Positions 1-11,104 of a DNA stretch of 64,000 nucleotides are shown in pieces. Where the stretch lies: contig OX597838.1 of NCBI GenBank assembly GCA_951406725.2, positions 41,168,001 through 41,232,000 on the forward strand, in the 5' to 3' direction. This stretch comes from Octopus vulgaris. Its lineage: Eukaryota. Every line of letters begins with the position of its first letter. Within the stretch, counting starts at the first letter, position 1. Both the position numbers and the translations under genes were made by a program. The notes beneath the pieces are model-generated. The model was not told the DNA's origin. It did no database searches and saw only the letters and a program-made list of their open reading frames with translations.

Positions 1-312
1 TCCATTTTCTGTGCTGACGTGGGTTGGATGGTGTGACAGGGCCTGGCAAGACCAGGTGCCACACCAGGCTCAATAGTCCATTTTGGACTGGTTTCTACAT
101 CCGGATGCCCTTAATGCCAACCACTTTACTGTGTACCGAGTGCTTTTCATGTGGCACCAGTCCTTTTTATGTGGCTTCTTTAAATGCTAATGGGTTAATG
201 AGTTATACTGAATTACTTTGAAAATTAATTGAAACAAAGACAGTGTATTTGAACAGAAATATTGTAATAAAGTAGTTAAAAAACAAACATAAAACAAAAA
301 ACAAACAAACAT

Positions 313-707
313 AGGCGCAGGAGTGGCTGTGTGGTAAGTAGCTTGCTTACCAACCACATGGTTCCGGGTTCAGTCCCACTGCGTGGCACATTGGGCAAGT
401 GTCTTCTGCTATAGCCTCGGGCCCACCAAAGCCTTGTGAGTGGATTTGGTAGACGGAAACTGAAAGAAGCCTGTCGTATATATATATATGTGTGTGTATA
501 TGTTTGTGTGTCTGTGTTTGTCCCTCTAGCATTGCTTGACAACCGATGCTGGTGTGTTTACGTCCTCGTCACTTAGCGATTCGGCAAAAGAGACCAATAG
601 AATAAGTACTGGGCTTACAAAGAATAAGTTCCGGGGTCGATTTGCTCGACTAAAGGTGGTACTCCAGCATGGCCGCGGTCAAAATGACAAACAAGTGAAA
701 GAGTAAA
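313..707 (+). mobile_element. tRNA-derived SINE family A (about 400 bp, internal TA/TG microsatellite)
   Basis: A box TGGCTGTGTGG, B box GGTTCAGTCCC, CORE-like ttgggcaagtg; many copies in window. Confidence 0.85.
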
Positions 708-1004
708 AGAGTATAGAAATCATGCCAAGATGAAATGTCTGAGCAATCTGTAATCCCCAACCCATTTAGTGTAGCAATGAGAAATGGATTGGACTGTGCT
801 GTCTGGTATGAAAAGCAAGTGTAAAATGATGAATACTGGCACAAAAAAATATGCATCCAGTCTATGCTGTAAAGTGGTTGGCATGAGGAAGAGTACCCCA
901 GCTGTAGAAATCATGTCAAAGCAGACACTGGAGCTAGATGCAGTCTTGGGACACATCAAATCCTGTTAAACTGTACAGCTCATGCCAGCATGAAACAGGA
1001 TCAT

Positions 1005-1007
<3 letters not shown>

Positions 1008-1071
<64 letters not shown>
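1008..1071. repeat. (TA)n microsatellite
   Basis: Direct reading. Confidence 0.95.
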
Positions 1072-1074
<3 letters not shown>

Positions 1075-1476
1075 ACACACAATACATATACATACATGCA
1101 CACACATACTTCAAACTAGCAATACCTCTCACTGACCATTCTTCCTCATGGGTAGACACAAGAGCCACTCCTAATTCCTTCTTCCTTGACCTTAAACAAT
1201 ATTAAGCCCTACCACACACATAGATTAACAGCCACAACCACACACACACACGTGTTATCATTGCACACATACACACACACATGCACACGCAGACCTGCAC
1301 GCATGCACATATCCACATTTACACACACATACCTCCTCTTGCACTCTCCTGTCTTTGAAAGAACTTTTCTTCACCCATTCCCTTCCGGTCATGCAAAATG
1401 TGACCGCGTGTGTACCGTTGGCGATTTTTTTTTTTTCTTCTCCGTCTTCCTTTCTCTGGATCTTTCCTTTCCCTAT

Positions 1477-1511
1477 GTTTCTGATGAAGAGCTCTGCTCG
1501 AAATGTTAAAC
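1477..1511 (+). ncRNA. Minimal Penelope-type hammerhead motif
   Basis: guuu CUGAUGA a gagc-ucu-gcuc GAAA u g UU aaac; stem I guuu/aaac, loopless stem III with a probable CpG>TG change. Confidence 0.6.
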
Positions 1512-1612
1512 CCTCCTTTTTCCCTTCCTTCTTGAGCGTCCAATAATACTAGATTTGTTCTATGTCCTTGCGTTGTTGTTTTCTCTTTGTGTTTTCATGT
1601 TTGGATTAACTT

Positions 1613-1663
<51 letters not shown>

Positions 1664-1676
1664 AAATGTAATATGT

Positions 1677-1785
1677 GACAATTATCGGTAGCCATGATAA
1701 AACTCCATGTTTTTCCGATGGCGGCGTGGATTTCCACCTCGGCATCCGGAACTCAGAGTTTTATCATGGCTACCGAATAATTGTC
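1677..1785. mobile_element. Short MITE-like inverted repeat
   Basis: gacaattatcggtagccatgataaaactc (1677-1705) vs gagttttatcatggctaccgaataattgtc (1756-1785). Confidence 0.65.
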
Positions 1786-1924
1786 CCTCATTAAATAATT
1801 TGGGAAAACAAATTTCCATATCATTCAGGTGTAACCCTTCAGTGTTATATGCATCTACATATCGTACTTTGGGGTCTTATTTATCATATATTTATCTATA
1901 AATATACAGGGGTGTAACCAGCCC

Positions 1925-2427
1925 ACCTGTGCGTACCTTTTCCTTCTTTGAACACTGATCTCTGCTTGCGAAGACCTGTTGAGGCAAGTAAAACCGAAAT
2001 CTAAATCAAAGTGAAATTTGATGACAGGCACAAGCACCATTTGAGTGTGATCGTTGCCAGCCTTGCCTTACTGGCACTTGTGCCGCGTGCTAGTAGGGTG
2101 CTAAGAGCACCATCTGAGCGTGATCGTTACCAGCATCACCTTACTGGCACCTGTGCCATTGTCATGTGTGTAAAATCCGAGCAAGGTCGTCGCCAGTACC
2201 ACCTGACTGGCCCATGTGTAAAAATTCGAGCGAGGTCATTGCCACTACTGCCTGACTGGCCCCCACTACACTATCGGAGTGGTTGGCGTTAGGAAGGGCA
2301 TCCAGCTGTAGAAACTCTGCCAGATCAAGACTGGAGCTTGGTGCAGCCATCTGGTTCACCAGCCCACAGTCAAACCGTCCAACCCATGCTAGCATGGAGA
2401 ACGGACGTTAAACGATGATGATGATGA
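1925..2427 (+). mobile_element. Retroposon family C (hairpin-repeat array + conserved 3' end with (GAT)n tail)
   Basis: cccactacact..gagtggttggcgttaggaagggcatccagctgtag...gacgttaaacgatgatgatg. Confidence 0.75.
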
Positions 2428-2481
2428 AACAAAGTATCTGATAAGAGTCAATATTAATTACTTTCTTGCCAACCCTATATG

Positions 2482-2521
<40 letters not shown>

Positions 2522-2559
2522 TATACACACATAAACACACACAATATATAATTATAGTA

Positions 2560-3490
2560 AGGGCATTGAGTAGCACTACAAGCTAGAAATAGACACCAAA
2601 TGGCTCTAAGAACTACATTATTTATCACATTGGCACAGGCTGAAAGTGAGGGAAATGAACAAAGATTTTTTTAAATGGTTTAACCATAGAGCGATTTCTG
2701 CTTTAGGAATGTAACACCCTTTGCCGTCTTCAGTTTGGTAGAACTCAAAGTACATAATTATAAACATTTATACATACCCATATGAACATAACGTATCCAC
2801 AAGTGCATATACAAATGTTGACACTAGATCTAATTCATGCATCTCAACCACGTGTGAATAGGACCAAAATAATTCCTCAGTAAATAAATTGAAGTGATTT
2901 ATATTTATCTTCATAATCAAGGATAAAATCTATACATCTATATAAGATTTTATGAAGTAGCCAGCATGTAATATTAAATAAACCATTAAAAAAAAAAAAA
3001 CTTTAGTTCATTTCTCTCACTTTCAGCCCATGTCAATGTGATAAGAGCCATTGGCATCTATTTCTAGCATGTGGTGCTACTCATTAGTGCCCTTACTATA
3101 TTTAAATAATTATATATTTTGTATTAATTTTTACCTACATGCTGGCTACTTGATAAAATCTTATATAGATTTTATCCTTAATTATAAAGATATCTATATA
3201 TCTTAATTCATCACAGAAGTGATTCATTTCCACTAACTTTTTATAAAAAAAAGTGACAGGCGGGGGTCTATTTGTGCATTGTAATTCATCCCTATTCATC
3301 AGAGCTAAGATGATCTGCATAAGAAATGAGATCCACAGGATATGCAGTGGGGCAAGGAAGCTGAAACACCATCATATAATTCTGAAAAGCCCTTATGGAG
3401 AATGGCTATCCAGACCCTTTCACCAAATGCCAGGACATCACCAGACCACAAAACCTACACATTCAAGGATAATGCAGTTTTAGCAACTGG
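2560..3490. mobile_element. Decayed Penelope-like element (RT thumb fragment, inverted repeat, degenerate hammerhead)
   Basis: Plus-strand frames give SLFIRAKMIC and MENGYPDPF (PLE thumb-like motifs); about 70-bp inverted repeat 2899-2970 vs 3136-3200; minus-strand CUGAAGA...GAAA at 2683-2739. Confidence 0.55.
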
Positions 3491-3551
3491 ATAATCTATA
3501 GGAAGGGTCTGAATCTATGTATAATCTATAGGAATTGTCTCAATATATATC

Positions 3552-3783
3552 TATTTCTTTATTACCCACAAGGGGCTAAACACAGAGGGGACAAACAAGG
3601 ACAGACATAGGTATTAAGTCGATTACATCGACCCCGGTGCGTAACTGGTACTTATTTAATCGACCCCGAAAGGATGAAAGGCAAAGTTGACCTCGGTGGA
3701 ATTTGAACTCACAACGTAACGCAGACGAAATACCACTAAGCATTTCACCCGGCGTGCTAACGTTTCTGCCAGCTCGCTGCCTT
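3552..3783 (-). mobile_element. tRNA-derived SINE family I
   Basis: gagctggcagaaacgttagcacgcc...gagttcaaattcc head; fragments at about 15375-15450, 29075-29250 and 53170-53225. Confidence 0.7.
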
Positions 3784-4145
3784 TTATTGTCTCAATATAT
3801 ATCATCTAACATCCCCTTTTCTGTGCTGGCATAGGTTGGATAGTTTGACCAGAACAGATGAGCCAAAGGACTCCACCAAATTCTGTCTACTTCTGAATGG
3901 TTTCTGCAACTGGAGGCCAGTCTTAACAACCACCACCTAAGTGTACTGGGTGTATTTTATGTGGCACCAATGCCAGTGAGATTGCCAAATAGCTGCAGGA
4001 TAAGATCCCTCAACTGAGTGGAGTATAGACTGAAGGAATAAGAAACTATGATAGAGTGAGAGGAGCAAGTGTCTTGCTGAAGAGGTGAATACATGGCTTG
4101 CCCACCTAGAAAGAGATATGAGGCTCAGGTATAATATTAGTGGAT

Positions 4146-4515
4146 GGAAGCACTCCGTTGGTTACGACGACGAGGGTTCCGGTTGAACCGATTAGCGGAA
4201 CAGCCTGCTCGTGAAATTAACCTGTAAGTGGCTGAGCACTCCACAGACACGTGTACCCTTAACGTAGTTCTCGGGGATATTCAGCATGACACAGAGAGTG
4301 ATAAGGCCGGCCCCTTGAAATACAGGTACAACAGAAACAGGAAGTGAGAGTGAGAGAAAGTTGTGGTGAAAGAGTACAGCAGGGATCACCACCACCCCCT
4401 GCCGGAGCCTCGTGGAGCTTTTAGGTGTTTTCGCTCAATAAACACTCACAACACCCGGTCTGGGAATCGAAACCGCGAGTCCGCTGCCCTAACCACTGGG
4501 CCATTGTGCCTCCAC
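4146..4515 (-). mobile_element. tRNA-derived SINE family G
   Basis: Head tggagg..caatggcccagtggttaggg...gtttcgattccc; matches the 30204 and 54001 copies. Confidence 0.85.
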
Positions 4516-4861
4516 ATAATGTTAGTATGAGAGAGAAGGATAGAAGAGCAGAAAAGGTGGATGTGTAGGTAAGTGGATTGTGAAAATAGTGTGACATGAT
4601 TAGAGATGGGGAATGAATTGGATGCAGAGGATATCGGTTCAGTGTGGGGAGAAGTGAAGAAATGGGATAAAGTGTGTTGTGTGGACATGTTGAATTTTAT
4701 TTGATATAGTTCTGATAGCCTCTGCATTTACTAAGATCTGATGTTTGATGTATTTCTTTTTGTTTTTGGTGAAATTGGAGTGTGGTAGAAGCGAGTTGGT
4801 TACATTTATATTTGATGCCTTAATTTCTTCATGGTAATTTTATTTCAATTTTTGTTTGTAG

Positions 4862-4985
4862 GATGGTGGTTTGGAAGAAACTGATGTGACACAAGGTAGC
4901 AGGTTTAGCCGCTGGTTCAGTCAAACTGCCAACCATGACAACAGCAGGCGTTCCTCTATTGTTGAGGAGACAGGCTGTATACGAG
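4862..4985 (+). CDS. EIF4ENIF1: 4E-T exon (first in window): DGGLEETDVTQGSRFSRWFSQ...CIR
   Basis: Acceptor tttgtttgtag at 4861, donor G|gtagg at 4986, phase 0 to 1; SRFSRWF motif. Confidence 0.92.
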
Positions 4986-7900
4986 GTAGGTCCGCAATAA
5001 TCTCCCTGGTAGTACATGGGGGTAGCTATTGGCATAATAGTACTTGTATAGATACTCTGCTTAGCCCTGTAAGGGAGCAGATGCTCAGGAGCCATCTAAA
5101 GATCACATTTACCGAAACATCTGAATACAGATTTAAAAAAAAAAATTCAGCCTATGTTTGTTTTGAGCTAGGTTTTAATGGTGATAGTTTTTTCATTGCG
5201 GGGCATATTAATCCTAGATTTATTTAAAAAAAAAATAAATCAAAACATTTACAAAAATGAAGTTTGACAGATCCATGTCCACAAATCATCTGATAGCTGT
5301 GCTTTTGAAGACCTGGAATAAAAAGAATTCTTCTGGAAAGAAGGTATGGATTAGCAAGAGGAAGGACATCCATCTGTAAAAGCATGCCTTGGTATGTACT
5401 CAAAGTTGTACTTGCATGGATAAACAGATCTAAAATAAAAGATACATATATGCTGCTGGACACCTGTCACTGAGGAAACCACAGCAGGGTGAAATCACAT
5501 GATCTGGCTGTCCTGGTGGCTGTAGCAGATGATCTTTGTCTGTCACTGATCTGTGCTTTCATGCAGCACAAGTCATGGGAGATCCTCTCGAGATAACTAA
5601 TGCAGTATTTTGTGTTCTAACACAACCTCCATTTTAAGTTGATCAAGATTACCTTTTGGCATTAATACTTTTTTTTGTTGCTATTATATATGTATATATA
5701 ATGTGTGTGTTAGTGGAGAGTCCTGTTTTAATGCCCTATTAATTGAATATATATATATAAAATATTATTGTAAGAGCTCAAATTAAGGGAGGTATGGTTA
5801 CTACATTAGGTAGGCCATGGAATTAAATAGAAGTTTCTTCATTGGTTTGAGCTTTTGGCAGTGGTTTTAATTAACCAGTTTACCTTTAAAAAATTGAACA
5901 ATCAAGATTTTTTTTTTCTTCTTTAGTACTATGTCAAATTTGCAACCCTTGTTGGTTTCTATTTTATTTGAAAGCAGAGGTAGATGAAGATTTAGCTGAT
6001 TTTGCATGCCAGATGCCTGCAATATCTCTGATATTTGTTCTTATCGCAGCAAATCCATAAAAGATGTTGGCCAAAGTTGTTTCAGGATTATATTATTTTG
6101 ACTTGTTTTGGAAAATGAAATTAAGTGTTAAATTTTAGATCAAATTTAAGAGATTGGAATAAATATATATTTAATCCTGCATGTGAAGGTGCATGGCTCA
6201 GTGGTTAGTGTCGAGCTTACGATCGTGAGGTTGTGAGTTTGATTCCCAAACTGGACTGTGTTGTGTTCTTGAGCAAGACACTTTATTTCCCGTTGTTCCC
6301 GTTCACTCAGCTGTAGAAATGAGTTGCAACATCACTGGTGCAAAAGCTGTATCGGCCCCTTTGCCTTTCCCTTGGATAACATCAGTGGTGTGGAGAGGGG
6401 AGGCTGGTATGCATGGGTGACTGCTGGCCTTCCATAAACAACCTTGCCTGGACTTGTACCTCAGAGGGTAACTTTCTAGGTGCAATCCCATGGTCATTCA
6501 TGATCGAAGGGGTTTTCCTCAATCCTGCAATAATTATGGATTTACAACCTATGACTTACCAACCATTCTCTCTAAATTCATGTTGGCAAGTGGGCTGGGG
6601 GAAACAAAGCAATAGCCATTAATTTCTTGATGGAAACTATTTTTAACAATGTTTGAAATGCTAAATCTTCAAACTTTAGCCAGTAGTGTAAAATTTCTAA
6701 AACCAGAAACCAAAATAATACATTATTCATTAATTAATGTGGATTATAAGAGGTTCTGGACGATTAGTGTCTGGAAAGTCGGTGTTATGTCTTTATAAAC
6801 ACTTCAGAACAGATAGTTTTGTAAAACGAATCAGCAATAGTTTCAAGTGGGTTGGTTCCACAAGGAAGTAGGGCAGGGAAAAGACAAACCTTGTGCGTTC
6901 ATGTTGTGACTGGTTACTGTGTATATTTACCTGACACAGCACTTGGGTTTGGAATTACTTATTCTGATGATTGATTGCTTATTTTGCAGTACACTTGATT
7001 TGAACAACTTGTTTTAAAAAATTGGTTCACGAAATTGCTAGAATTCTTAACTCATTGCAGTGAGAACAGACTTCATCAAACCTTATAAAACTTCTTTGTG
7101 TATGTGTGTGTAAATATTGTTTTGATTTGGATAACCTTGTGTATTTATACAAAAGTAGAGTTCAAAACAAACTCCTTTTTGGTCAATTTCAGTGTGTGGA
7201 GTCAGCTGTGTGTTAAGCTTTGACATGTCATTGATAATTGAATTTTGAAATGATCAACTGCTCCAAAAATATCTTATACACATGCTTACACATATGTCCT
7301 ACATTTTTAATGCCAAGTTTCATCTCACATGGCCTGATATTAGTTGAAAAACAGTTCTAGTGATATTTTTTATCTTTAACCCTCTTTTTACTGTGAAAAT
7401 CAGAAATATCCACTTGAGATTTCGTTACTCTTAACTGCAGGAAGCTGTTTTAATATGCCAGTCTACCAATCTCTCTTTTGTTGAGGAATGATGTTTGAAA
7501 CTACATTTTGTTGTGATGAATCAAATTTATCAAGGCAACGTGACTTGCAGAAAATACTCATTCTATGTTATGATAGATATCTGATATTACCGGAATCATC
7601 ATCATAGTTTAACGTCCGCTTTCTATGCTAGCATGGGTTGGACGATTTTGACTGAGGGCTGGCAAGCCAGACGGCTGCACCAGGCTCCAATCTTGATCTG
7701 GCAGAGTTTCTACAGCTGGATGCACTCCGAGAGTGTAGTGGGTGCTTTTTACGTGCCACCGGCAAGAGGGGCCAGTCAGATGGTACTGGCAACGACCTCG
7801 CTCGAATCTTTTTACACGTGCCAGTGAAGTGACGTTGGTAACGATCACACTCGAATGGTGCCCTTGTACGTGCCACGGATACGGAAGCCAGTTGGCTGCT

Positions 7901-10822
7901 CTGGCAACGATCACGCTCGGATGGTGCTCTTGGCACCCTACTAGCACAGGCATAAGTGCCAGTAAGGAATAATCTTGAAATTTAAACGATTGATTAGTTA
8001 GTTGATTAGATATATAATGAATTGACTAAGAATTAAGCAGGGACAGACTCGAGGCAGACCTTGAAATTAAATTTTACAGTTAAAGGGTTAACCTAGGTTT
8101 TCCATAAAAACACATTGAAATGGAAAGATTAGTCCTTCATACTTGGAGAAACTGAACATGTGGATGCAGGCTTGGCTGTGGTTAAGCCGTTTGCTTTGCA
8201 ATCATGTTGTTCTGGGTTAATTTTCATGGGACAGCACCCTGAGAAAGTGCTTACTTCTATAGTACAGGGCCATTCAATGCCTTGTGTATTTGGTAAACAA
8301 AAACTGCATGGAAGCCAGTTGTGTGCGTGTGCATATCCCAACCCACGACAGCATGGAAGGCTGGTGATAACACATTTATGTGTAATATACATATGTGTGT
8401 TTCTCTGCACTTGATAACCAGTATTGGTTTGTTTACATTCTCGTAACTGAGCTGACTGGCAAAAAGAGACCTGTTGAATAAGTACCAGACATTAAGTACT
8501 GGAATCATTTTGCTTGGCCAAAACCAGTGATCTTTATAAAAAGTGAAAGAATATCCAAAGATAACATATTTACTGTTTAATAGTTTTAATGAAGTCTGTT
8601 CTATTATCTGTTATGTATTAATGTTTATGTTAATCTTGTTTAATTACTGATTTTGAGTTTATACTAATTGAGTTAATTTTCAAGCTGACATTTACATTTC
8701 TAACTGTATTTTTAAATATTTTCAATATTTGATGTTTGGTTTTCATATTTTTCTTAATGCAGAATATTGAATTTTTATTTGTGAAAACATTTTTACATTC
8801 TAGTATTTCATTTATTTCAAATCCATTTTCTATGTGATGCTTTTGTCTCAAAGTTGTCTGTAAAATGTGCTTAATGGTAGCTAGTTTTTACATTTTTGTT
8901 TTCCTTTGTGCAATTCATTCCACTTATCTGGCAAGGATACTTTTGACCACTTTAGAAGGGTAGGAGGGAAATGCGAGCTGATTGTAATAATGATATAACT
9001 AGAAGCTTAAGGTTTCTAAAATATTTTTTGGTGAAAATGAAAATAAGGAACTAATAGATTTTAAGTTGTTAATGTAGAAAGGCATACTTATTTCAAAGCA
9101 TACAATATCTTATTTTTACATTTTGTTTTAAAGTTAATATTCCTGTTTCCTTTTCAATTTTTTTTTCATGTTTCTAAAATCACATTCTGCCCTAGAATTA
9201 TTAAGGAATAGAAGTAAAGCTTCAGCGTCTATCTTCTGTCTCTTTTATTAAACTTTAGCTCAATTATTAAGCTAGGAAGTTGCTGGCAGAATCATCATCA
9301 TCATGTCTGCCAAAATGCCCATTGGCTTTTCTTCCAGTTCTTTACGTTGTAAGCTTAATTCCTGCCAAGGTCCACTTTGCCTTTTTGGTTCTTTTTGGAG
9401 CCCATAAAATAAAGTACCAGTCAAATACTGGGGTTGATGAAAACAACTTGCTCTCTCCCTTAAAATTATTGGTTTTGTGTCAATTTGAAGCAAACTCTTT
9501 TACTAAACCTTAGATTAATTATTAACCTTTCTATAATCATGGTGTCTCAGTATTGTGATTATAGAAATGTTAATAATTGATCACCGTATTGACCAGACTA
9601 TTGGATATTGGAGATCGCTGGTTACAATGCGCTTTACATTGTTTTAGCATTTAAATGCTCCCCCCCCCCCCACTGATTGGGCTTTGACAAGAGCTGGCAA
9701 GGCCATGGCTGCACCAAATTCCATTGTCTGCTTTTTATGTGGGACCACCACCAGTGCCTATTTACATGTCACCTTGGTTTTAGGATATCAATTCTGTTGA
9801 GGTGGGCAGGTCTTTTTGAGTACCGCAATGCACCACATATCTTGGCCCTCTGTCATCTCCTTTCTAAGGCTCAGCATTTTGAGATTGGCCTTCTATACTT
9901 TATCCCATATCTTCCTGGGTCTCCCTCTCACACAACTTCCCTCCACTTTAAGTGATTGGCACTTATGCAACTGTCCTCATCCATCTGCATCATGTGACCA
10001 AATCCAGTGCAATCTGTTGTCATTCACATTGCATATTGTTCCTCTTAACCTTAACTTTTCTCTCAATACTCGAGTGTTCTGTTGCACATGTACACTGACA
10101 ACACATCCACTGGAGTATACCAGCTTCATTCCTCGTTAGTCTTCACACATCATTTGCATTCAGGTCTCACTACCATGTGGCATTGTAGTTCATATACATG
10201 CACTATACAATTTTCCTTTCCTTTTGGGAGAGAGACCTTTGCCAAGTAAAAATTCTGAACTTTCTCCATCCTGTTCTTATTCTCCATCTTATTCTTATTC
10301 TGTTCACTTTCTGTACCACCTCCTCCACTGCTAATTAGGTCACCTAGATAGCAGAAATTATTTACAACTTCCAGAGATCCTCTGGGACATTAGAGGAAAT
10401 CAGTTTCCATTTATCTGTGGTCTTAATGACTCCTGTAAATCTTCCACACAAGAACACTACCTTCTCTGTTAACCTTCATAGTATTCCACTGCATCTCGTG
10501 TGTCCATAGTCTGCACTGGGAACACTGAATGGAATCAATGTCTGGAATTACATTTTAGTTTAGTATCTTTTTTTTTTTTTTTTTCCTCCATAAAAGGAGA
10601 CAGGCATGTGAACTAAAATCTTAGTTGTAAATCAGAGCTAGCATTCTTACCTCCATACTCTGATTTTCCAGATCTTTGCTTTTATAGTAAGCACTAAATT
10701 CTGTTCAAATTAAAATCTGGTAGTTGAGTGTTTTATCAAATTTATCTACTAATTATGGTAAGACTTAATTACTTCTTAGCAATTGATTTTTAAAGTTTAA
10801 ATTTATTCACATGTGCACACAC

Positions 10823-10870
<48 letters not shown>

Positions 10871-11070
10871 ATGTGCATAAATATACTTGTATGGTTGGTT
10901 AAAATTTTTTTTTTTTGTTACATATTTTTTTCTTAATCTAATCAGATCTGATTGAAACACACAGTTCTACTACAATTTCCTCCTCCTCAACTTCCCCAAC
11001 TATTTTGGGAGTATCAAGTATGCATCCATCTCAGGACCCTCTCATCCAACATCGTAATCATCAACTTCAA

Positions 11071-11104
<34 letters not shown>

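Noticed and set aside
313-390. tRNA gene-like heads (also at 6183, 50476, 54001, 55580)
   Set aside because: They are SINE heads continuing into repeat bodies, some with TSDs; no complete cloverleaf or Pol III terminator was seen
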